This document shows, one piece after another, positions 37,401-49,400 of a DNA stretch of 64,000 bases. The first letter of the stretch is position 1; the number at the start of each line of letters is the position of its first letter. Origin of the DNA: Camelus ferus (lineage: Eukaryota). The notes below the pieces were generated by a model. It was not told where the DNA came from and made no database searches. It saw only the letters and a list, made by a program, of their open reading frames with translations. A program made the position numbers and the translations under genes. The stretch spans positions 10,354,001 to 10,418,000 of the forward strand of contig NC_045699.1 in assembly GCF_009834535.1 (NCBI RefSeq), given 5' to 3'.

Positions 37401-40400
37401 CAGACATGCACACACCGCTTCAGCTGGAAGACAATTGGGAGAAGCTCGTGGGGACTGCAGCCCTTCACCATCCGTGGCGGTGGAGAGGGGCACTGAGCCC
37501 CTGCTCCTGAATAACTGATTGTGTCCCTTACTCTTCCCCTCCCTCCCTGCACACGTCACAGACTTCAAATCTCAGCCCGAACCGTCCCCTGTTCTTAGCC
37601 AGCTGAGCCAGCGGCAGCAGCACCAGACGCCGGCAGTCACTGTTCCTCCTCCTGGGTTGGAGTCCTTTCCTTCCCAGGTGAAACTCCGAGAGTCAACACC
37701 CAGAGACAGTAGTACCTCCACTGTGAACAAACTTTTGCAGCTTCCAAGCATGACTGTCGAAAACATCACCGTGTCTGCTCACCAACCACAGCCTAAACAC
37801 ATCAAACTCCCTAAGCGGCGAATACCTCCAGCTTCTAAGGTGGGTCTTCCGTTGCAGAGTCACAGGCCCAGAGGTGGATGTATTTTAACATTTAGTTCGT
37901 GTGCTGATTTATTGAGTCTCAGAAACTGTTGTGTGGTGTTTTCAGACACATAGCCTGTTACTTCCTTATGAGGAATTGGCCACTTTTGAGTGACTAGGCT
38001 GGTATTAGAAGGAACGGGTTTGTGTTACGCGACAGAGTGCTCATTCACATTATAGATAGATCTGGCTCAGAAAATCTGGTGGCCTTGTGTATTTCACTGT
38101 GTTCTGCAGAGGATGAGGGTTCATTGAGCACCAAGTGCTTTCATCACAGGCCCACTCTTCACCCATCTGTCACCGAGTCGCAGTTGGTGGCACTGACCAT
38201 TCTCTTTTAATTTTTTTTTTTTTTTGACTCTTTTCCTTTCTCTTTCTTTTTTAAAAAAAAAAATTCTCTTCCTTTCCCCTTCCTTCAGCCTTTCACTGCA
38301 TGCTCCTCAGGCCTGCTAGCAGCGTCCCTGGAACCCAGTGCTTGTTCTGCCATGTTATAGGTCTTTGGGACTGGGAATCTCTGACTTCTGTTGCTGACAT
38401 AATGGTTTTGCTTTTTCAGATCCCAGCTTCTGCAGTGGAAATGCCTGGTTCAGCAGATGTCACAGGATTAAATGTTCAGTTTGGCGCCTTGGAATTTGGA
38501 TCAGAACCATCTCTCTCTGAATTTGGATCAGCTGCAAGCAGTGAAAATAGTAGCCAGATTCCCATTAGCTTGTATTCAAAGTCTTTAAGGTACGTAGCTT
38601 CCCACCTCTGTCTCTGGTTTTGATTGAACTAAGTCCTTTGCAAAGTAAAACAAAATAGAGCCTAAGAAACCACCTGCTGGAGAAAATACACCCTACAGTA
38701 AATGGGTTAGTGCAGCCGTTACCAGTGTCTAATTCCAGAACTTCTCTTCAGTTTCCCTAAAAAGAGCCCTGTGCCTGTGAGCAATCACTCTCAGTTTCCC
38801 CTCCCCCATTCCCGGAAGCCGGTGGTCTGTCTCTGCATTTGCCTTTTCTGGACATTTCATATAATTGGAAAATTGTAATATGTGGCCTTTTGTGTCTGCC
38901 TTCTTTCACTAAGTATAGTGTTTTCAAAGTTGGTTCATGTTGTAGCTTGTATGCATTTTATTTCTAATAATATTTCATTGTGCAGATATCCCTCCCACAT
39001 TTGTTTATCCATTCATTAGCTGATGGACGTTTGGGTTGCTTCCACTTTTTGGCTGTTATGAATCAGGCCACTGTGAACATTCAGTTACAGATTTTGTGTG
39101 CTCTTGTTTCTTTTAGATATATACCTAGAAATTGCTAGGTCATATGTTAACTCTCATATTTAAGCCCTTGAGGACTGTCAAACTCTGCCACAGTGGCTGC
39201 AGCATTTTACATTCCTACCGGTAATTATGAGGGATGCAGTTTCTATACATCTTGGCCAACACTTACTTTCCTTCAGTAGAATATTTTATGAATAGAGAAT
39301 CCCAGATTTGGGTTTTATTAAATTTTTGACTTCTAGAGCCAAAACCTGATGTTTGCTTGAGTTCCCTTTTTAAGGATGGTCTCAGACATCTGGATTCGTT
39401 AAAGATTCTTAAGGATTATTAAAGATGTCCCCTGCCTATCAATTAAATTAGGTGGGTTTAATTTGGGAAGAGCAGGAGGGCCAGTTTTTTTGAACTTCAT
39501 TTATGTCATTTAAGTAATGCAGCAGTATAAATCTGTAGTTACAGACGGGTTTATTTACTTTACAATGTGACAGTTAAGTGATGACGTAATTCTACTTCAT
39601 GAAACCCTGTAAAAGTGACACAAGTCTGTCTGATGTCTTTTATTCTTTGTAGTGATTCTTTGAATACCTCTCTCCCAATGACCAGTGCAGCACAAAGCCC
39701 CACCTGCACAGCGTCAGTCCTCACCTCCTCCAGCCCAACCAGCTCGTCTCTGAGCCCCGCCGGCCCGGCAACAGTGTCCCCCTCCTACGACCAGAGCTCT
39801 GCGCACAGCAGGCCCGCGTACCGGAGCTCTGTGAGCCCGTCGCAGTCAGCTCCAGGAACCGCCCCGGCAAGTGGTCTTTCAGGTCTCTCCTTGTAGGTAA
39901 TCCTGCTGGGAGCTCAGTGCGCAGGTTGGGAAATTACGCTTTTTGGCTGAGATTTCCTTTTAGAAATTGGCTGACCTTTTGAGCAGGATCTGTAGAGTTT
40001 GTTAAATTTGCCGGTAATGGCCATCTCGCTGGAAACCTGCGTTTCAAGCAGCCAGGCGAGAGGGATGTGTGGGTGGGCCCAGAGGCGTGGTGGAAGGATA
40101 GTGTCGGGTACACCCCGAGTTGCTCAGAGTGGTTTGGATGGGGCAGGAGGGGAACACGGTCTTGTCTGTGATATTTTACCTCCTGTAAGGCAGACATTTA
40201 AGCATTACCAGTGAGGGTTAAAGAGTAGACAAGAACATGAAAATAATAAAAATAATTAAGTTGGCATAGCAGGAATTTGGGTACATTTTCTTTTGTTTTT
40301 TCCTCCTTCCTTTTCCATCTTTTATATTAGATGTTTTCCTCCAATGTCTGGTGATTGCAGTCCGCCTACTTGACACTAGAAGGTTAAGTGTTTGTGGGGG

Positions 40401-43400
40401 TAGGTTGGTGACTGGGCTGAGGTGTGGGGCCCTGTGGGCGGCCACGTCTTTGGGGCTGGGGGGCTCCTTTGTCAGCCCCCGTGGGCCTCTTCTGTTTGTT
40501 TGAATTCCCCGGGGACGATTCTCCTAGTCTTCTCCCTTCAGGGCCTGTGTCTGTCTGTCAGTGTCTTAAGAGCCTAGCAGGAAGAGAAGGCTGCCATCAG
40601 AATATTCGTTTTGCCTGCATTGATGTGATCCATCTTTTTTTTCTTTTATCCCTGCAGTACCCCAGGCCATGCGTTACCCTGTTGATGAAATTTAGAGCTT
40701 GTGGGAGAAGGTGGAAGGGGGTGTCCACCCTGCTGTGCAGGGTTTAGAAACTTCTCCTACACCTGTCCCCCCCCCCACACCCACTGAGCTGCGTCAGGTG
40801 CCATCCTGCATCTGCTGTACTTTGCTGTACAAAATTTTTTTGCTGTCGTTTTGCACCTTTATTAGTCTTTCTGGGTTTACATATTTTTAAAAAGTCATGT
40901 ATTCTTGACCTGTCTTTTTCAAGAAATTTATTCTTGTAATTTCCAGTGTGGTAACCACTGGCCACATGTAGTGGTTTATTTAAAAGCTGAGTTTCTCAGA
41001 CACACACACTGTGAACGCTCAGTGTCTAGATGTGGGGAGTCGCCGCGGTGTAGGACCGCGCACATGGGGACTGTTCCCGGTACTGCAGAGCCTGTGGTTC
41101 CCTGGGACGGTGCTGGTCTGTAGTTTCTAAAATACGAATCAGACCACGTGCCACCCAGGCTCAGCCCTCCGCCATCTCCGCGGCATCTCGGTGCCGGCTC
41201 TCGTTCCCGTTCGCCTTCCTGTTCCGTTTGTCCGTATCACTGTTGACCTCATTGCTTGCTCAGCTAATCGAAATAAAACCCCTGCAGTTTTCTGATCTCT
41301 TGGTCATTTGATACTTTACGTTTGTTCCCACCATGTTTCTGCCTAGAATTTCCCCCACCCCAACTAATGTGGCTCCTTTGTTGTGACAGTTTGTCCATTG
41401 TTCATGTTTTAAAAATGCTTTTCAAGGTGGAATGGAATATAATCCTAAGGTATGATGGCAACCATTTCCTGTTCCCCTTTTCCATCCGTTTTATCTGGTG
41501 TAGTTTTGGGGAGACTGTGCTGTCGAGGATGCACGTGCTTGCTGTCGTGTGCACGTACTTACTGAGGAGTGAACCTCGCTGAGGGAGGCAGAGTGGAACT
41601 TCAGTTGCTCTCCGTCTGTCTTCATATATTGGTGTTTCTGTTCTCCTGACTTTAGTCTTTTATTTTAACCCATGTTTTGTGTCACATTTTTCCTCTGGCA
41701 GCTCTGTTTTATTGCCTACATTTCTTATAAATAATCTCACATTGTTTTAAGAAAAAAAATATATTGTAAGTAACATTTTATGAGCAGAAATTGTATGGGA
41801 CCTAGGTTAAGGCAGAGGCAACAGCTCTAAGGTCTGTCTTTTTCTTTAGTAGTTTTGCCATTTGTAGGAGGGTCGTCTCCTTAGCTTCCTTCCCCCGTCC
41901 AGGGCTGGTGTCCGAGCCCTGCAGGCCCCGCAGCCGACCGCTCTGGGCAGGGCCTCCCCCGTGAGTCTGCGGAAGGGAAGCTGGCCTTGTGGGGATGCCG
42001 CCTCCTGTGTGTAGGTGCCAGTGAGATGCTCTGCAGTTAAACCAGTTCTGTGCAGATTCTGTTCTTTTCGGGACTACCACCCTGTCCTAACATACTGTTT
42101 CCCCGCCCAGTTCAGAAAAAAACATGTTTCAAAGTATCATCTCTTTTTCTCTGAGAAACAATTTATTAATAATATGAAATATGATAATTCTCTTGTACTA
42201 AAGTTATCTTTGTTATAATTTGGAAATGTTTTCTTTCTTGTGTGAGTGGTCTTGGGAGACAGGAGTCGCACGACATAGAAAGGCTTGTGATTTGAATAGA
42301 AAGAGGGTCCCAGGTTCTTCCTGCGGCTTAATTTTGGGGACTGTTTCATTGCTTCCTGCGATTTGAGTCTTACATTGTATCTGTACTAGTTCCTTGAATA
42401 CCCAGTTTGGTTTTCAGAGATGTCAGCTCTTCGGGATTTATTAAGAATTTGTTGTATTGCCTCTCCTTTTATTAAGAAACAAAATAAAACAAGCCACAGT
42501 TCTTTGATTAATCTGTACTTCATGTGTTTGTGGCTAAATCCTAAAGGAAAGTCGTCTAGGTTGTCATTTGATTTCTGTGGGTTTGCTCACTTTCTTTTCA
42601 TCTTTCTTGCAGAATGGACATGGTAGTCGAAGTCAGCAGGCAATAGACAGTAAGTATATAAGCTAACTGTTGTGGCTGGTGGAAACCAAAGAGAAAAAGA
42701 GCACAGCTGATGTGATGGGGAAAACAGCTGGCCAGTGGCTGATTCTGCAGAAAGTCCTTTCGCGGTTTCTCTGATAGCTGTCTCTGACCCATCGTTGGCA
42801 TCATTTCTTTGGGTTTAGAGTTTCAAGTAGAGATTCCCATGTGACCGACTTGTAGCTGACGGTGTTATTAGAAATGTCATAGCCACAGCGAAAAGGAGGT
42901 AATCGTCTTGTGTTATTCTCCCCAAGTCAGACTGCACCCCCAGTGTGGAGTGTGGTACTAATTAAGCTTTTGCTCAGAGGCCCCTGTTCCAAGATGGTCT
43001 AAAGGGCTCTCACTCCAATAATGTGAAAGACTTTTAAAGCAAAAATTGGTGTGCTAGTTCAGGAAAGACCTTGTGAGGAAGAGAGGGAAAATGTTGCTCA
43101 CTGTAAACACTTGGGAGAAAATGAAGGGGACCCCCCCCCCCCCAGTCTAGTACAGCTCAGTGATCACTGGAGACAGCACTGGTGAATCCCTGTTAGTTGT
43201 TTCCTTTGTTCTTGGCTAGTTTGTCTGTGATGGTGTATGGTGATTTTTGTCCATCATTCCGTAAGGCCAAATGGGTATCTGTACAGGGTATGGAAGTCAG
43301 AAAGATCCTTTTATTTCGGAATTTTTGGAGTATGGGTATGGAATTTTGCCAGACCAGCAGTGGGCCTCGGCTGGAATCAAAATGGCGCATGTGAATTGCC

Positions 43401-46400
43401 CAGGGTTGGATTTGGTGTTGTTTGGCCACTGGAGCTGTTTGGAGATACACTGGTAGCTCTGAGAACGTTGGCTGTCACAGGAGGTTGGAGTTCACAGGCC
43501 GTGGTGGAAAGGGAGGTTCTTTTGTCCAGGCATGGGGTTGAGAACACACAGAGGTGTGCTAGGTTATTTGGAGATTTTAAGTAAGATGCTGAGATACGAA
43601 ATGTCCATAAGACACAGTGTGCATTTCAGATTGGTTTTTATCTCCTGTGCTCTCTTCTCCCCCCCCCTCCCCCCCCCCCACAGTTTTTTTGAGAGGCTTT
43701 CCATGAACCTGTTATCAGTGTGATCTATACCCAGGGAGCTGAGTGTTGGGGTCTGAGTTTGGGGCCAGGGACACCTGTTTGCCTGTCTGGTTTCTGGAGG
43801 AACAGGTGTCATCTGGGAAGGACTGTCAGGAAGGTGCTCACTCTGTGAGCTGACCAAACCGAGTGTCGCCCTCTTGCTGCCTGTGTTTGCCTTCCAGTCA
43901 TCCTCCCTTTTAGAGGCAGCGTGTGTTCCCCTGGGCTCCCAGGGCTTCCTGCAGGAAAGGCGCTTCTCCCCCCTGACTGGGAAAGACAGTGATGCTGTGG
44001 TTCCAAGCACGTATCTGAGTTGTGTGTGTGGATGGCACTGAAACTGTCTTTTCTGCGCCAGCCCCCTCCTGCCTTAGATTGACTTTGAGCTTTCACAAGG
44101 TCAGCCTGATTTGATACTCTTTTGATAGAAGCAAATAACTAACCCCCAAGTGGTTCACCCACCAGAGAGTCACTCTCCCCTGTTGTGCCGCACGTTGTAA
44201 CCATATTTCTCAATCTTAGAGCCTCTTTCCCTGGGAAAGAGGTCATTTCCCACTCTTGGCCAGAGTTCTGTGTTCTGACCGTCCTTGCCATAGTCACATC
44301 AGACAGAGAAGGGACCATCTTGGTGGCATACTTGGGCATTTTCCCTGGGGAGTATAACTTTGTATCTGTCTCAGCGAAGCCTGTCATGTCACAGAACAGT
44401 CAGCATATTTCAGATACTCAAGGTTGGTTCTGGAGCTAAACAGGTGTGTTTTTTACAGCTACTTCATCCGTTCCAGCTCCAAAGACAGCAGACCCGCCCT
44501 CTGCCCTCCCGTCTGCGGGCTCCCTGCCCAGCACCACCTCCTGCACTCCACTTCTGCCCCCTGTGTCCCAGCACACTGCCACTCTGCCTGCCTTGTCCCA
44601 GCCTGGTGACCTGTCCGGCAGCCCCCTCTCTCAGCTAAGCAGGTATGGGGAAAATGGGGGCCTGGAGTTGGAGGCTCACCAGGGCGAAGTCCTGGAGCCC
44701 TTACAGAAGGCTGTTCCCACCAACAAAACCACTGTCACCCCCAGCACGACCTCCTGGTCCTTTGCAGTAATGCTCCAGTGTCACTTTTGGCCAGGTGGGG
44801 TCTCTGAAGCACCTGGAGTGACAGCCTTGCGGGCCTGAAATGTCTCTGCTGTGATGGAGCACTGGGTCCCCTGGGGAATGGGTGGGTCCAAGGGCCCTCT
44901 GCTGTTCTTCAAGGAGGAAGGCTCAGGAGGAAGCCCCGAGCCTAGTTTTCCCCCCACATCTGGGCCTTGTCCCTGTGACGTGGACTGAGAATGATGGCAG
45001 TTCTCTGGCTTGTACTTGTCAGGGTTTCAGAGATCAAGTTATCAGAACAGGGCGCAGGAGAATGGGATATGGCTGGTCCTTACTCTGAGAGAGCTCTCCA
45101 CATGGTTTGAATTTTGGATTTGATGGGAATTCAAGGTCTGACTCTGGCACATGGGGTTGCACGTAGGAACTTTATTCAGAAGCCTCACACACAGATTTAA
45201 TGGGGTCTCCAAGGTTGGGAGTGTGATCCTGTACTTGTTTACAGGCTATCGAGCACATGGCTAGAGTTGCCTGAATCTGGCTCTGTAGGTTTCCCAGGCC
45301 CTCATGGCGAGTGACCCCTTAGATAATTTCTAACCACCAGAACACCTGGACTGGGTTCCAAGGTGATAGGGAACGAAGGGTGAGAAGCCTGAAGCCGGGC
45401 CCCCCTGCATGGAGTGACTTGGTGGGGTGGACACATGGTGCTCTGTTTTGTCTTCTAGCTCCCTCTCCAGCCATCAGAGCAGCCTCCCGTCTGCACACGC
45501 AGCCCTCTCCTCCAGCACGGCACACACAGTAAGTGTTCTCTAGGCCCCTTACCCACCACCCTGCTCAGCCAGCTTGGAGCTGAGTCATGTGCAGGTGGGG
45601 TTCAGTGTGTGGAGTACACACATTTCAAATACTCTCGATGGCTTGGCTGCAGTGTCTTTATCTGGGTATGTGGTTTGAACGGATGGTTTCGTAGGCACCG
45701 TGGAGAACATCCTGCTTCCCTAAGTCCGTGCCTCTGTGGAAGAATTGGTCCCCCAGACCTGGTACATGATTGGCAGGGCTGTCGGGTGGTGAATTTGTTC
45801 CCCAGAATTCACCGAGCTCCCTGTTTGTTATAGGAGACCTTTCTACCTAGCAGGATTGGTTTTATTTATTGTCTGGGACTTTTTTTGGGGGGGAGGAGGT
45901 AATTAGGTTCATTTCTTTTTTTAATGGAACTACTAGGGATTGAACCCAGGACCTTGTGCATGCTAAGCACATGCTCCACCACTGAGCTGCACCCTCCCCA
46001 CCAGGACTTGTTTTATTGAGGTATTTGCAAGCTTTTTAGAGGAAAGTACACTCCTTGCTAGCTTGTGCTTGGCTCCATGGACAAGTCAAGTTTAATTGAG
46101 AACATCCTTCCTGGATAGCGCTGTGTTACTTTGCGAAGGCCCTTGTAGAGAGAGTGAAGGGCAAAGGGAGAGCTTTATGAGGCGTATCCATCCTTTGCCA
46201 CATGCACTCGTGGTCCTGGGAGTCTTCCTGGTTGTGGCGTCAGGTGTTTCGTTCACTCGACCACAGTGTGCCATCTCCTCCAGCTCAGAGGCAGAGACTT
46301 TGGGAAGGTGGCTGCTAGAGAAGGGAGTGTGGAGAGGCAAGAATGGAAGCACAGTTCGGGCACCAGCTGACAAGGGTCCTGACGTACCAAAGAGCACCCT

Positions 46401-49400
46401 TACGTGTGGTTACGGAGGTGCGCCCTCTGAACTGTGGAGCCGGGGGCGTGGTTCCCGTCGCCGGGCTCAGGCCAGTCTGTGCGGGCAGAAGCTGGGAGAG
46501 ACTGGAACATAGGGAACTGTGGCAGGACAGGTGCCTGGAAAGAGCAAACTTCCTCAGAGTTGGAGTAGATGGGTCCCAGACAGGGAGGGAAGTCTTGGGT
46601 GCAGATGAGTGGGGCAGTTGGGAAATTGAGGCAGTTTGTTTCCTCTGAGAAGGTGTATTTCAAATCTTTGGCTGTAAATGAAGTGATGGAAAAAGTTCGA
46701 TTCTTTCTTTCATCGGGATCTGGCTAATACTATGGCTTTCAGACTGTAGTTTTACAAGTGAAATCTTACCCACAGTTCATGGTCTTCAAACACATAGATC
46801 ACCACCTTTCTGGCAGAGCCTGAGGGTAATGTCTCTGCCTTTGGACTAAGGGCCTGCCCATCAGCCAGCGCTTCCTGTTTGGCCAGTGGGAAGCCATGCG
46901 ATGTCCCCACTGTGAGCCCTGGAGAGCTGGCCTCCTGTCCCCTGGGCACTGTGTTTGGAGCCTGGAGCCCTTGCTTTCATGGGTCAGCTGCACTCTGTGT
47001 CTTAGCAAGAAACTCCAAATGGTGCAGTCCCAGCGGCTGCAGCCAGAATCGCCTTGTACGGTTGCTAGTGTTGTTCTAAGATTTAGTAACAAAAGGCATA
47101 AGAAGATACGTACTGGAAAGGTTTTCTGTCTCTCGTGTGCTCCCCTCTCCCCCTCTTCCTACTACTGTCTTGATCCTCTAGAGTTTCTTTTTTTAGCCCA
47201 TAAAATAGAAAATGCATTCACAGTCGCTTTCCCTTTGCCTTCTGCCCCTTCCTGTACTGTAAATGGGGACTTTCCACACAGTGTCCTTCCAGGTTTTCCC
47301 TCATGTAACAGTGTGTCTTCAGGAGGTTTCTGTGTTGAAACAGAGTTCTTTGTTCCTTTTTCAAAGCTCTGCTGCTTATATTACCAGTTCTCCTCCGATG
47401 GAGCTTTAGGGCCATTTTCAGTCTTACTACCTCAGAACTGTTGCAGGCTCAGTTCTGGACACCACAGTAGAGCGGTTACCACAGGAGAGTGAGTCACATG
47501 AATCTTAAGGTTTCTCAGTGCATGTAAATTATGTTTATACTAAATTGTAGCCTATTAGGTGTGCGATAATAGTATTATGTCTTAAAAAAAACAATGCACA
47601 TAGCTCAATTAAAAATACATTATTAGTGGTTGCCAAGGGGGCAGAGGGCGGGAAGAGATAGACTGGGATTTCAAAATTGTAGAATAGATAAACAAGATTA
47701 TACTGTATCACACAGGGAAATATACACAAGATCTTATGGTAGCTCACAGAGAAAGGAATGTGACAGTGAAGATATACATGTTCATGTATAACTGAAAAAT
47801 TGTGCTCTACACTGGAATTTGACACAACATTGTAAAATGATTATAAATCAATAAAAAAAAGTTAAAAAATACATTATTAGCTTACAAAATGCCAACCATC
47901 TGAGCCTTTAGCAAGTTGTAATCTTTTTGCGTTAGTAATATCAAAGGTCACTTGTCATCGTAACAAATATAATGAAAAGATTGCAAATATTGAGAGAATT
48001 ACCAACATGTGACACACAGACAGGAAGGGAGCAAGTGCTGTTGGAAGAACGGTGCCGACAGCCGTGCTGTTTCGGGTTGTCACAGACCTTGACTTTGTAA
48101 GCAGCACAGCATCTGCAAAGCACAAGAGCACAAGAGCTGCCCTCGGTAACCTTCTGTACGTCCTGGTTCATGTGTGTAGCTGTGTCTAGAGGGTCAGCCC
48201 TGGAGGTGGAGTCACTGGGCGTTTATCATTTTATACAAATTGCCAGATTGCTCTGCATAGTGATTCTAACCCATTTCCCTTTGACTGGCAATGAATGAAA
48301 TGTTCTGTTTCCCTACTACCTCCTCAAACGATGTTACCAAACATTTGTATTTTTCCAGTGTGTTAACAGAAAAATGACCTGTCAATATAGTCTTTAATTG
48401 AAAGAGTTTGAACATCTATTTTATATGTTGGAAAATTATTAAATTACCTTTTGGGTGAGCTGTTTACAATTGTTCATTTTCCTGTCCGGTCTGTGGCATT
48501 TATTTCTTATACTTGGGAGACTAGTAAGTAGCCTCTGGTGATGGGAGATGCAAATATTTTCCACAGGTTTGTCACTTTACAAATATTTTTGGTTTTTAAA
48601 TAGGTGTATCAGTCTGCCATAGTTCGGTCTTTCCCGCGTTAACCTTAGGAAGGAAACCTAGTGTTTTCTGCTGCCCTTTTTGTTCTGTGGAGGGTCTGGC
48701 GCAGCTGTGCTTTTCTGGGCCCATCTGAGGAGCTGAGTGGTAGCTCCGCTGGAGGGACTGAGCGAGCCAGCATCTTGTCTCCCTCCCAGATTTGAGAGGT
48801 GAGGGGCAGACAGGAGCCCAGTCAGGGTCCGCTGGAGGAAGGAGAGGCTTGCTGGGCGACTCCTGAGTTCGTGCTGGCAAATCAGGAGCCACTTCTCCAG
48901 CAAGCTTCTCTTCTGTGGATTCCCCCACTCCCAAGACTGGGCCTGTTCATTTTTCTGTCCTGTAGTTGGGTTGAAAAGTTGTGTGCCCAGTGATAATCAC
49001 AGTGCAGTGGGCAGAGCTGTTCTTGCTTCTGTGGCAGGTGTTCTTGGGCGGAAGCCTGACTTTCTGCAGGGACCGTGGAGGGAGGTGCTGGGCAGCCTCT
49101 GCCCCGCTCTGGGCTCTCCTGTCCCTGGTTCTGTCCATCTGGGTGGAAGGACCAGGAGTCCTGGGGAGCCCCAGGACACCGTGATTTGAGCTGTCTTCAT
49201 TTGCTGACCCCTTTCTGGGTGGTAGGGCCCCAACGCCGGGGCTGGGTGGGTGGGGTGGGCTGTGGCGCCGGGACCCGCACAGGCAGAGCTGTCTGCGATG
49301 GGAGGCACAGCACACGATGGTCCCTTTCCTCTTGCACCTTCCTGTTCCTTTTCAGCTTCTCCTCCAGGAGTTTCCAGTTGCTTTGTCCTGGATACGTTCT

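Noticed and set aside
39881-39900. GT donors at 39883 and 39897 as the main end of the 39653 exon
   Set aside because: 39883 (CAG|GTCTCT) is weak and out of phase with the next exon; 39897 follows an in-frame TAG. The GC donor at 39867 preserves frame and length.
43340-43390. CTCF-like (ccagcagtgggcc) and YY1-like (aaaatggcg) motifs; CRE-like tgacgtct near 24901
   Set aside because: Short or imperfect matches expected by chance in 64 kb; no independent support.
1337-46001. tRNA-like sequences (GGTATAGCTCAAGTGGTAGAGC...GGTTCAATCCC)
   Set aside because: They have SINE tails and target-site duplications and lack a proper acceptor stem, so they are SINE heads rather than tRNA genes.
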